Below are positions 1 to 21,043 of a stretch of DNA of 62,674 nt, one piece after another. The DNA is from Pelomyxa schiedti (lineage: Eukaryota; Protista; Evosea). The position numbers were made by a program, and so were the translations under genes. The notes under the pieces are model-generated. The model ran no database searches. It was given only the letters and a program-made list of their open reading frames with translations, and was not told the origin of the DNA. The DNA is taken from positions 1-62,674 of the forward strand of contig JAHLWZ010000878.1 in NCBI GenBank assembly GCA_020536535.1, given 5' to 3'. Numbering within the stretch: the first letter of the stretch is position 1; every line of letters starts with the position of its first letter.

Positions 1-38
1 TGCCCACTGGTCACCGTCACAGCACCATCTGTCGACAT
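1..38 (-). CDS. Possible 5' end of a gene running off the left edge (MSTDGAVTVTSG...)
   Basis: Minus-strand ATG at 38, preceded by an acceptor-like ...ttgcag|gca; only 12 codons are visible. Confidence 0.3.
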   Translation of the reverse strand, partial: MSTDGAVTVTSG

Positions 39-129
39 TGCCTGCAAGTTTTTTTTGTTTTTAATGCAAAACTGCGGCTGCACAGAAACAAGTTCTGCCC
101 CAAACGAAAGGAAACAAAGTGAGTAAAGC

Positions 130-210
130 AAAGCGTTTAAAAGGGATTCAAAACGGATTCAAAAGCGATTCAAAACGGATTCTAAAGCGTTTAAAAGCCT
201 TTAAAAGCTT
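130..210. repeat. Degenerate 10-11 bp tandem repeat with phased A-tracts
   Basis: Units start at 130, 140, 151, 162, 173, 184, 194, 204 (aaagcgttta, aaagggattca, aaacggattca, aaagcgattca, aaacggattct, aaagcgttta, aaagccttta, aaagctt). Confidence 0.85.
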
Positions 211-569
211 ATCACGGGTGTGTGGGTCCGTTGTCCACGCCTAATATTGATTTGCAGAGAGGATGGATGGTCTCTGTAGAAATTCCTCTGAGCAGTTTTC
301 TGCGCCGATCCTTTGGGCGGGCCCTCTTTGTGAAATAATCAACCGACCGGTTTTGTTCTCTTTCAGTGTTTCTTTTATTCTGCCCAGGTGTCGTGGCTTT
401 TGGCGGAAACGAACGTTGGTGTAAGAAGGGATTTAGTGATGAGGCACCCTGTGAAGTGTTTGTGTGATTTGAAATCCCTGGAGGTTAAACGCTACGGCAA
501 TTGCACACTTCGAGGCCATACTAAAACGTCCAGTTGCTTGTGATAAAGGCAAAAAAGTCATCTCTACTA

Positions 570-1111
570 GATACAAAAGAACCTGCGCCACCCTGTTGAT
601 AGTAATAAGAAGAGTCTAGATGGGTTCAAAGCGGTCTCACCTGAGTTGAAAATGCTATCCTTTCATCGAGAAGATTGAAGGAAAATGCTATCCTCTACGC
701 GGTGAGTAATTTGTGTTGATTGATTAAATCTCGTAACGATGGTGTGAAGGTATTCAAGCAGTTAGGGCAACGAACTTCTCAAATTGCGGAAATTTGGCTC
801 TTGCCTTGTATGCTCTCACATCGTGGTCTTTATGTTTGACAAAAAACCACAGGAGGGTCACCCCACTTCAAGGTTTCCTTTTATTCACGCTGCAACGGGT
901 TCATTGGGCCAAGGGTTGGGGATTGGCAGTGGAATTGCACTGGAAAAAGTTGCTGAAGGCATAGTACCCCATAGGTTTTTTAACATAACAACGTGTGCAG
1001 GTTCCCTCACGGGGTTCTGTTTGGGAGGCATCTGGCTTTGCTGCGACTAGAAACCTTGACAACATAACCTTGATCGTGGATGCAAATACATTTGGGCAAT
1101 CAGTTCCTTCA
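570..1111 (+). pseudogene. Degenerate transketolase N-terminal fragment
   Basis: Spliced fragments ELLKLRKFGSCL|EGHPTSRFPFIHAATGSLGQGLGIGSGIAL and GSVWEASGFAATRNLDNITLIVDANTFGQS are transketolase motifs. The ThDP-binding GDG segment is missing, the acceptor before GSVWEA is not canonical, and no C-terminal domains follow. Confidence 0.75.
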
Positions 1112-1383
1112 GTAAGTGCTATTACAAGCCCTGCTACTGTTCACAAGTGCACAGCAACAAAAGGCTCCCAATCCTAATTTCAGGGTGCCTCGTTTTGTTT
1201 TCGGCTCGTTTTTTCAAAGATATCTCTAGAAACCTCAAGCCCTTTTAATCCACAAAGCCCCATAGTTCTGTCTGTTGCCTAAGGCACTGCAATGCTTCTG
1301 ACTCAGAAGCCTGCTAGTAACTCCACATGGGCGAGGGAAAAACCCTCGAAAGGTTCTTTCGGAGAATCATAAAACCAACAAAA

Positions 1384-2194
1384 ATGTCTGCTTCTGTGGC
1401 CATGCCGTCCGACTTGGTGATGCCAGCGGGTTGTCAGGAGATAATTTTTGAGATACTAAAGACACCAAAGAAAGCTGTCGTAGCCATTACCGGTGTGTGG
1501 GTTTTTACGCAGATCTCGTTTGTATACGTGAACAACATAGGAATAAAGCATTTGCCTAAGATCTACACTGCCCTACAAACACGTGTCTTTTTTTTACCTT
1601 ATTTTATTTTTTTAAGGTGTTGGAGGACAATACTTGGGATGGTTGATGGGAACACCTGGAATTTCTGGCTTTTTCATGGACGCCTTTGTTCCGTACATGC
1701 AGGAAGCCTTGGCGGCATTCTTGGGGGAACCAAGCGTATCCCAGGCAGTTTCACGGCCGGTGGTTGCTCAAATGGCCGCTGCTGCCTACGCAAAAGCCTG
1801 CCCACTATCAAGCCCTGATAACGCTGTGGGCATTGCTTGCTCTGGGACAATTGCTACAAACTACGTCAAGAAGTGTGCATGTGCATGTCTCTTAAAATAA
1901 ATAGTAACACTATCTCGAATCCCATCCTAAAACCATTGCTCATACTCATTTAGGGGACCACACCACGCTTTTGTGTGCGTGCATCTGGCCAATGCCCGCT
2001 ATGCAGCTCACATCAACTTTGAGAAAGGGAAGCGTAACCGCTTCCAGGAGGAATGTGTTGTGAGTGAACTCATGCTCCGCTTAACTGGTATTGCCTGTGG
2101 TGTCACCACCGAGGCTGCTACAACAGCCGCTATGACTCCCGGATTCTCTGGTGCAGATGCTCTCGAAATTTTCCCTGTTGAAACTCTTGGGTAA
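1384..2194 (+). CDS. CinA/PncC-like domain protein, stand-alone, 3 exons
   Basis: Spliced VAITG|VGGQYLGWLMGTPGISGFFMDAFVPYMQEALAAFLG...AQMAAAAY...GIACSGTIAT...KGKRNRFQEE resembles the CinA-like N-terminal domain normally fused to an NMNAT-like cytidylyltransferase domain; stop at 2192-2194. Confidence 0.65.
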
Positions 2195-2254
2195 CCAGAA
2201 GCTAAGGGATATAACACAGTAAAAACAAAAGAAATGCTTCTAAGTGTCTTGCAA

Positions 2255-4037
2255 TCAATCTTTCTTGGAGGGCGTTACTTTTGTTGTGTTGGCGGTTGGT
2301 GTTGCTGGGAGTCCACAATCCTCAATATCCGTACTTTTAGGACCATGTCTGGCATAACTGAAAAGAGTTAGTCTTTGGAACGTGGAAAGGTGCATACCAA
2401 TACAAGCATTTGTGGCCACATTTCTGCTGGTTATAGGATCCAATGTCAATGAAATCAGTGCACCGGCACCCTGGCCTGGCAGACTGCTTGTGTGCTCGCG
2501 ATTTGGAGGAGAGTGGTTTCTTGCCTCGTTTGGAAAGAATTGTGTCGATATAAGTCGCGTTGATACAGGAAGTACTGCTGACTCCTTCAATGCCACAGAC
2601 TGCAGAATCAGAGCACCCACGAATTTGAACTCCATAGAGCCGAGCAATCTCAACCATATGTTCAATATTTGCATGAACTTCTTCTTTGGTGTGGGGGACA
2701 AACTCGAGCCCTGACTGGAGCATGCAACGCACCGCAGTTTTATACGTGGTGACAAATCCTACTGATATGTACGGTATACGCTCCTTTCCGGCCACTTGAC
2801 ATAGTTTCTCAAACCAGTCTCCTTCCAAGTTGCAATGCACTTCATTTGGTTCATCTGGGGAAGTCCTGTGATGGCGATATCGCACTACTGGGTCAAATCT
2901 TAGAAGAACTGCCTCTGGTCCAAACCGCTGAGCAAGAAGATGAACTTGATCCATCCTATCCTCCCATGTTGAATGCAATCCCGGTTCCAACTCAGTGTCG
3001 GCGGGGCCATTTATTGTAAATTGGAAGAGCCATGCATCATATTTATCTACGAGTTCTGCCCCTGGCTTCCCAGGTGCAATAGCTTCCAAGAACGGCCTGT
3101 AGTTTTTGCTCCAACACACCCACGCTCTCACAATCTTCGGAGATAGATCAACAGTAGTGAAAGTACTGCCATGAGTGAAGGGGTTTGGCACACTGAGAAG
3201 AGCATTATGATGCACGGCCTGGGCAATCACATTCATTAGCCAAGGAGTGTGAAATGCTGCAATATCTGTTCGGCTACTACAAGATATGACTTCATGAACA
3301 GTGCGGTTACGTTTGGGAGCGAAAGGTTTCTCACTCAAAACTAGTGACACAGTAGTAGGTGGTGCTCTTTTCCCACATGCTGTAGATTCCGGCGAATTCT
3401 CATTAGAATTCTCGGTTTTACAGGGCGGAGAAGTTGGTGCTGGAGGTACCAAACACTGCAGCGTAGTTTGCCTCATTTTTGGGGGAGTATGTCCCTTGGA
3501 TTTAGGTGAAATCTGAAGGCCAGAAGAACGCGATTTGGAGCAAGGAGAAACAGGAGGACCAGTGCGGGCGGCAGTAATCACCTTCTTGGAACCAATCACG
3601 CCCTTAGAGGCCTCAGTAGGAGGGGACCTGGAAGAAGCCGAGCCTCGCGCCTTTGCGGTTGCTTTTTCCACTGAGAACCCAGATGGACTGGAGCGCGCGG
3701 CACTGGGCGCCGCGGGCTTCTTGTCCTCAACATCGGCCGGGTCGCTGCCATCCGGCAAGTGCTGCCAATAGGGCGAGGCTAGTCTCGGCGTGGATGTGGC
3801 GGTACAGCTGACGACAGTGGTGGCAGAACTAGTACTAGGCGACGAAACCGCGCTACTGGTACTAGTAGTGGTGTGCTGTGGAGTCGGTCGCGGAGGTGAT
3901 TGCGACGGGGGTTTCGAAACCGGCACGGGATCTTGGGGTGTGTGTTGGTTGGTTTCTGTGGGGTCCCGTTGTGTCTGGGCCAAAAAATCGTCCAGCGCGT
4001 CCAAGTCGTCCTCACTCCACCCGACACCCGACGTCAT
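2255..4037 (-). CDS. DUF1848 family protein (radical-SAM-like, C-terminal CxxxCxxC) with long low-complexity N-terminus; exons 4037-2398 and 2357-2255
   Basis: ISCSSRTDIAAF, VPNPF, WSKN, FQFTING, LEPG, LRFDPV, CRC..IDIGSYN..CGHKCLYCYA. A 40-nt GT-AG intron (2358-2397) restores the last Cys. Confidence 0.88.
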
Positions 4038-4106
4038 TTATCTGTTATCTCTTTCGCCGAAGCTCAGATCAGAGTTCTTTTTTTTTTTTTTTTGTGGGCG
4101 TGGCAT

Positions 4107-7100
4107 ATGTTTTCGTCGTCCCCGTCTACGGCGGCCAACAAGACCCAGTACATTGTGAAATTCAACCCACGCAATGGAACCAGTTTCGTGGTGGGTGACA
4201 GTGATTCCCTGCGCCTGTTCAACATCACAACCACAAACACTTCTAGAAGAAAACGCCCAATGGTACAGTGCCCACACCTCCCTTTTTTCCCCTCGGTTTA
4301 TTTTACTACAGGATAGTGCTATAGTGGCTTCAAGCAGCAGAGTTTGCATGGAAAAAGTTGTACGTGGAATTTCACTGGGAGAAGAGCACGCTATCACCCC
4401 TACGCCCATTACGCACGACATTCCACAGCTCAAAGTTTGTTATTTCTCCCTTACAATCGTTGGTAACATCTGGGTTTTCTTTTCTTTTCTTGTGACTCAG
4501 TGCCTTGCATGGAGCTTATTTGATGATGCTCACATTGCTGTCGGAGTTCCTGGACGGTATCCATGTCAACTACTCTCATTTCTTTTTCCCAACTATAACT
4601 ATTCAAGCGTGCTACTGTGTGATCTTCGGGAGTACAGAATCTCACCAAGGGTATTAACTTCAGCATATTCGCCTGGCAGGACCTGCCAGTGCCTTGCCTG
4701 GGATCCCCTGATAACATCCAGAGTAGCAGCATGTAGTAGCCAGTGTTCTTAACTTGGCTCACCCGCACACAAAATAAAGGCTGGTCAAGGATGAGGTCAC
4801 AACAACCCATTTCCGTCTGGGATTTTGCACAACCCCAAGTCACAATGCCTTCTGGCTCCTCTGTAAGTGTCATGTGTGTACAAATGGACATTCATCATTT
4901 GTCATGGAGGAAACTAGGCGTTCACCAAGATTTGATGTGAAATCACCTCTTCCTGACGAAATGTCTGTTTTTAAGGCTAATGTGGATCTGCCCCATGACT
5001 GTGCTGCAGCCATAAGCTGGAGTCCATGTATGCAATATTTTTAAAAGAAAATTCTGAATTTTTGACCTCCTATAGATCAACATGGACTTCTCGCTTCTGT
5101 GGGGCAAAAACAGCTTAGATTATTTTCTGTTGATGGTACAAATTAACTGCCACCACACCTCGTGTTAATATCTATTTTCTTTGGTTGCAGAAGGAAAAGC
5201 TACGGCCCAATCCAAAGACCTACCCCATACATTGACAGGGGTCTGTTTTGATCCTCATTGTTCAATGCGACTGGCTACCCACGGTGATGAGATAATAAAG
5301 ATCTGGGATATGAGGAACCTTTCCTCACCCGTACTGCGCCGACTTCTTTTGATAACATCTTACATTCGCCAAGCTCTCGATTAATTACACTGGTGTATCT
5401 AAATCTGTCATCAAGCAATTGGATTGGTGTCCCTCGTTGCCCGGTGTTCTGGCATGTATTACAAATGAAAGAGAAGAGGTCTCTTAATTAGTCAATTTCC
5501 CACATTGAATTGCATAAAGATAAGACTTTGGCACTGCGAGAAAGGAGGCGAACTTGAAATTTACAAAGAAAAATGTAATCACTTGCAATTCCAACCCGGC
5601 CTAATCCTTATAAAATAGCCTACCCTACTTTGGATGCACTTGCGTCATTCTCATGGCACCCCAATTGCATTGGAACCATGCTAACTGTATGTCACTTCCT
5701 CTACCAGGAATGATACAAACCATATAGATTACTCCAAGTGGAATCATTGATATGGTTGTATGTGAAAGGGCAAAAGCTTGTGTGATGCACCCTACTGGTC
5801 AGTTATCATTTACAGATGGTTCAGCGTTACATTGGCTCCTTTTCCCACCCACGTACTGCAAAAGAATTTATTTGTTCACATTCTGAAATTCTCGTGCAGA
5901 CCAACTGAAACCCTTGGAAGTGCCGATATTTCTGTTGTCATGCATGAAAGGGCAAAAGCAGGCTACTCTGTGAACGCAAGTAGAACACCATCTTTTCTCA
6001 GCCTAAGATACCACCCCCGTAGATACCAAAAAATATTGACATCGTCTCATCCTACATGAGAGATGAAACTCTCATCAATCTCTGGGAATGGCTTCGTTTT
6101 GTGGAAGAAAGAGCGAAAGTCAGTCAACTACCAAGTGCTATACCTGGTTGTAATTATCTTGTAAACCAAGGTATTTCTTATCCTCGGCGATTTTACTTCT
6201 TCAGACCTGGTGTAGGTGTTCTGGAAAAAGAAAAAGAAGTTCGAATATCCTCTTTCACACTGTATCGAAGTCGACAACGCCTGGAATGCTTAGAGTTGTG
6301 TGGTTGGACATGGGGTGCTGATCTTTCTTTGCCCTCGTTTTCCAATTACCTTGGACAGTGTGTTTCCTATCAACTTCTGTTTCATTATTACTTAGAAGTT
6401 GAACAAAAGGCTGGAAAGCCAAGGAGAATATGAAAGGGCGGCCGCTATAGCCGTGTTCAACATTGATATTCAACGTGCCATTTTTATTCTTAATAAGGGA
6501 TCAGCTGTACACCAAGGGCTTAGAGGTTTCTAATTCTTTTGTGCTGTACTACTTGACCATATGCAGGTAAAGCAATGCAACTTGCTGCAATTGCACTTGC
6601 TGGGTTCCAAGGTTTAGATGAATCAACAAAGCATCGCCCTGTTCACAATTCCCGTGCCTCGTCCTCTCCTGCTTTATGGCGAGACACCTGCGAAGTTTTA
6701 TGTCGAGAGGAATACCATCTGTACCTTAGGGTATACACTTTCCCTCCCGACAGTGGCTCTACTTATATTCAGATTACTTAGGCGATGATGACTTTCTTAT
6801 TGAGAAGTCCTGGAGATGTTATTAAAATGACCTTTCTAAAGCTCCTGGACAGGACTGCTGTAGCTTGTTGTTATTTGGATGACAGTGACGTATACTCTTC
6901 TCCCTCCAGAAATATCTAACTTCACCAAATAGCTCCAAACATTCTTTGCCAATGAGACAGCAGCAGTGAAGCAAGCAGGTGTATTGGAAGGGATTATACT
7001 AACGGGATTTTCCAAGCCGGATGTGATAATTCTTCTTCAAAGCTATATTGACCGCACTGGTTTTATAGTATTTTTGGAATCTTCCCCAATAAGTTTATCT

Positions 7101-7829
7101 CTAGGTGACATACAAACTGCAACATTAGTTGGTTGCCGGTCCAACACCATTAAAGACCCTATTGTTTCACGATGGCTCGATATGTGAGTCGCCAATCACT
7201 CAAAACCTAATAGTCATAACATTTCTCAGATATAGAGATATGCTTGACAGGTGGAGGTTGTGGCATGAAAGAGCTTTCCTTGATGTCGTCGTGCAACCGC
7301 GGAGGTTGGAAGAACGGCCAACTCAACAGGTACACGTTCATTCTCTTTTACGCTCCAACCGTTACTGCACAGGTCGTTGCTTGTTGTGCGTACTGCACAC
7401 ATCCTTTACCAGCTTCCGCACTTCCAAATCAAAACACGCGTTCTGCCCCAAAGGGCAGACCGTCCCAAACACCCACCAAGGTACCACATTTATATCTCCT
7501 TAGTGAGTGACTGAAAATCCGGCAGGTGTTTGCATGTCCCGATTGCAGGAAACCACTTCCTCCATGTGCGGTTTGCCAGATGCCTTTAGCTTGTATTGTC
7601 TACCCCGACAATAGCCTGGAATCAGGTACTATGCCTACAACCAAAAACTGTGCCAACAAACTCAAACTGGCTACTGACATTGTTTGCAGTCCAACCGCTT
7701 GGTGATTGGCTTACATGGTGTCAGTCTTGCTCCCATGGAGGCCATGCCTCACACATTTTGTCATGGTTTGCATCACACACCACGTGCCCAGTAACTGGTT
7801 GCAAATGTCACTGCAACGAACTAGAATAA
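4107..7829 (+). CDS. MIOS: GATOR2/SEA complex subunit Mio (WD40 propeller, helical solenoid, C-terminal Zn-finger/RING), multi-exon
   Basis: N-terminal WD repeats (CLAWDP, IKIWDMR); [33 protein letters not shown]; C-terminal CAVC...[36 protein letters not shown]. Confidence 0.9.
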
Positions 7830-7894
7830 AGGAATTCCCACCTTTAAGATGGGAATGGGATTCTTGGTTTATACAACAAAAATACAACAACCTA

Positions 7895-17544
<9,650 letters not shown>

Positions 17545-17818
17545 ACAATATGAGACCTCACTCGACCACACGCCACAACAAAACTATGGGTGCCGAAAAA
17601 AAAAAAAACCGACGCACGATCAACGGGGTACACCACCCCCAAAAAAAATAGAAAGAAAAAACCTTGAAGAGATCAAGTTGGGGGTTCACCGGGAATCGAG
17701 AATCTCTGAACTTTGTTGATGCCTTAATCATCAACAACTTGTGCTTCTTCTATCTTTCTATTTTTTTTCCGTTGGCGATTTTTGGTATTCCAAAAGGTGG
17801 TGTTCTTTAAGTGGGGAT

Positions 17819-19924
17819 TCACCCAGAGTAGAACTTTACCAACAGGTCAAGAATTACACCGTTAGTCCATCCAAATCCTTCCTGTACATCATACTCGCCT
17901 CCTCCACCAGGTGCTCCACATTGTGTGGCATTGTACCTGTAATTATGGGTTTAGTATGAGGTAGTTTGAGGGTTTGTGCATACTTTTCGTACATGTGGTT
18001 TGTGGAATCCCATCCAACATAATTTGAAGTAACCCAGATATCAGCCAGTTGTTTGGCAAGGGATTGGGCCTAAAGAGAGATAATTAGAAATAAGTTACTG
18101 TTGGAAATATTAGAGATACAAGTGGGTCCTCGATTTCTCTAAGGCCCTCAATTATGAACCACTCAGATGGAGGCCATGAATTGGGGAAATCCCATTGTTG
18201 AGAAGCCACTTTATTGAATGAAGAAGGTATGCCTCCCGGGAATGATGTGAGGTCTAAATCTACTAGCGTTTGCACAGCTACCATTGGGTCGACTTGGTCC
18301 TGTGATTGAATTATTCATTATCTGCGGCCAGAAACTGTCATACCTCATAAAGCCCAGCCCATAACGGAAGGAAATTAGAGGGATAAAAGTCAGTGCTTCT
18401 TTCTTGTGTATCCATAAAGTAGTCGTACCATGAACCTGAGAGATTGAGATATTTTCCTTTCGCCAGTTTTACCTCTTTGTTGGTCCCATAGAAGGGCATT
18501 TACAGATTGTGCCTGTTATAAAGTTGATTAGTTTGTAGAGAAAAAGGACCTTAGTTACCCGTTGTGTGGCAGCTTCAGAAAAAGTTAAAGCAGTTACAGA
18601 ATCACCACACTGCAGGTATAAGTTTGAGAGAACTACTTCATCAGCATACAGGATACTGAAAAGTGATTTAGAAGTTGTAGTAGTTGTATGGACTGTGCGA
18701 ACCTGTTCAAGTCAACAGGAATGACTTGACTAACGCGTATTGTTTCAATGGACTGTCCATCAGCAAACCAACGAGAAGAAAAGTCCCACCTGGCTATATA
18801 TCAAAAACCAAGTTATTATGTGTAATTTTTGACCCTGTTTCTGCTCCAGAAGCCAGATTTCGATAAAGTTCAGCTCTTTGGGTTATATCCACATTCTGCG
18901 CAGTGTCGTAATCCTGTGCATATCCTTCTGAAGACTGATGTGAGAGGAAAGATATTTAGTAACAGGAAACCTGGCCTGGGCCTATTTGTATCAGCTCTGA
19001 AATAGGCCAGTCCAGTGGTACTATCTGTTCGTCGAGAGGTCCAAAAAGAGTGCTCTTTGTTCAGTGCCGTTGCAGCATAGTCGCAAAAGAAGGAAATATT
19101 GCCAGTTGCCTTGACATAATCATTCACCATGAGGGGGAGAAGAGGGGGCTGACTGCGGTCCAAATAATACACTCGCCCACCATTGGGGACAAATCCGTAC
19201 TCTAATACAGAGCTTGCAAGATTTTCAATCATTCCCCGAGTTGTAGTGAGCATTCCGCAAGTCTTGTGAAAATCAGAACTAATAACGCCATGAAGATATG
19301 CTCACCATAAGACCCTTCAAAATCCAGTATGTGTCCCAATAATACCACTCCCTGAATCGTCCTCCTGGGGCAATGAACGGGTTTGGAAAATTAATGAAGG
19401 AGTGGCGCTCTGGATTTGTGAGCGCTTCTGCCGTAAGTTGCTTTCCAAGGTCAGACCATATTTCATTCAAACTAAGTGCCCAATCCTGGTACTTCTCCTC
19501 AACAATATCTTTGTGTTAAAAAAGCATTAGGAAATACCCAAAACGGGGTGGAATTAAATGATTTAAGCTTACTATCAACAAATACAGGGTGTGCCACCCA
19601 GTCACTTGGAGTCCATTGGTCCACGTCACTCCCAGCTTCTGAGAAATAAGTATCCAGGTAAATGCTTATCTGATCGGGCGTGGGACTGGGCCCCAGGGCA
19701 CGAAGCGCGTCCAAAGCCACTTGTGGGTCAACAATCAGTGGCATGTCGACGAAAGTCTTGGAGTCGTTGTACAGTCTGGCCAACTGCACGGGCCTCAGCA
19801 GTCTCTCGTCGCAAAATACCGAGGACGTGCACGCAGGCTCAACATCGACATCCCATAAGTCTGCCATTGCGGCAGCAAACAGTAGACACCACACCGACGC
19901 CCACAACGGAACGGTGCACCGCAT
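17819..19924 (-). CDS. Trehalase (GH37) with signal peptide, multi-exon
   Basis: [64 protein letters not shown]; hydrophobic N-terminus [21 protein letters not shown]. Confidence 0.95.
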
Positions 19925-20035
19925 CGGGAATCAAACGATTTCAAATTGGATACTGAGATCTAGATCGATGGGAAAAAAATTATATTTTTAGGGCATTGGC
20001 CCACGTTTTGTGTTGATTTGTACATCATAGTGTTG

Positions 20036-20824
20036 CTATTCCAAAAGCTTCAGGAATTCCTTGTAGTCAATAGAGCCGTCTTTGTTGGTATCTGCAAGTT
20101 GCATCATGACATCCACCTCGGCTTCTGACAATGGCTCTCCTCGTCTGTTTAATGTTAGAGAACAGTCAAGGTCTGTGGGTAAAACGTCATCATTGCTTCT
20201 CTAAATTCGGCTGCGGATATCTTCCCATCTCCATTTTTGTCAAAGGCCCGGAAGGCCAGCATGAGGTGTTCCTGAGGTGAAATTTCTGGTGCACCCTGTT
20301 ATTTCGGGAGTTCCAAATCACAAAATACCTTTTTGCGATGCTATTACAAATCCGATGAATTCGTCAAATGAAAGAGTGCCACTGTTGTCTACATCAAGGG
20401 CTATTCAGTAGTATTGAAAAGTTAGTCAGGAAAAAAAGGCAAAAATACAGCCTGAACCTTTTGTTGCCTCAGCAATTTCTTCCAATGACGGATTCATGCC
20501 GCACCTGCGCAATAGGTTGCCAAATTCAGTAATGTCCAGAAGGCCGTTGTTGTTTGAATCGGTCTCACAAAACAGCTGCCATGCCTTGGCAAAGTCCGTT
20601 GTGGAAAGAGGGCATGCCTTCCCGCAGTTGGTGCACACGCCACCTTATTTTTTTCTTTTGGTGGTTCACACGGAGAGAAGGCGGCAGAGAAACACCACAA
20701 GAACCAAAACAGTCTAGTCACCTTCATAGTGGCAGGCCTTGGACTTTCCACCAGGACACTCGTTAAACACGCCACTCCCACTGCTGCTCAACGTTGTTCG
20801 TTTGGTTCCGGCACGTGCACTCAT
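20036..20824 (-). CDS. Calmodulin-like 4-EF-hand protein with Cys-rich N-terminal extension
   Basis: EF loops DSNNNGLLDITE, DVDNSGTLSFDE, DKNGDGKISAAE, DTNKDGSIDYKE. Exon 1 (ATG 20824) splices in phase 1 to give ...ECPGGKSKACHYEGGVCTNCGKACP. Confidence 0.85.
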
Positions 20825-21043
20825 TCTGTTATTATGGTTCTTGGAATTGTGCAACCATCAATTCCCTCCAGTGACAAAGCAGGATGGTTGAAGTAGTGCC
20901 ACAGCCCGCAACTGTGAGGGCAAATTCCAAAAAGAATGTGGCTAACAATTACAGGTTGGTGCCCTTCTTTTACTTTCTTAGGTAAAAGGATTGAGAGTGT
21001 GAAGATTGCTGAGGTTTTTTTGTTGAGAGAGGAGGATTCCATG

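Noticed and set aside
130-210. CRISPR-like or telomeric repeat
   Set aside because: No unique spacers, units are degenerate and internal, and the context is eukaryotic.
2195-2370. Extra 3' exon of the CinA-like gene overlapping DUF1848
   Set aside because: An in-frame stop exists at 2194 and the possible extension has no family similarity.
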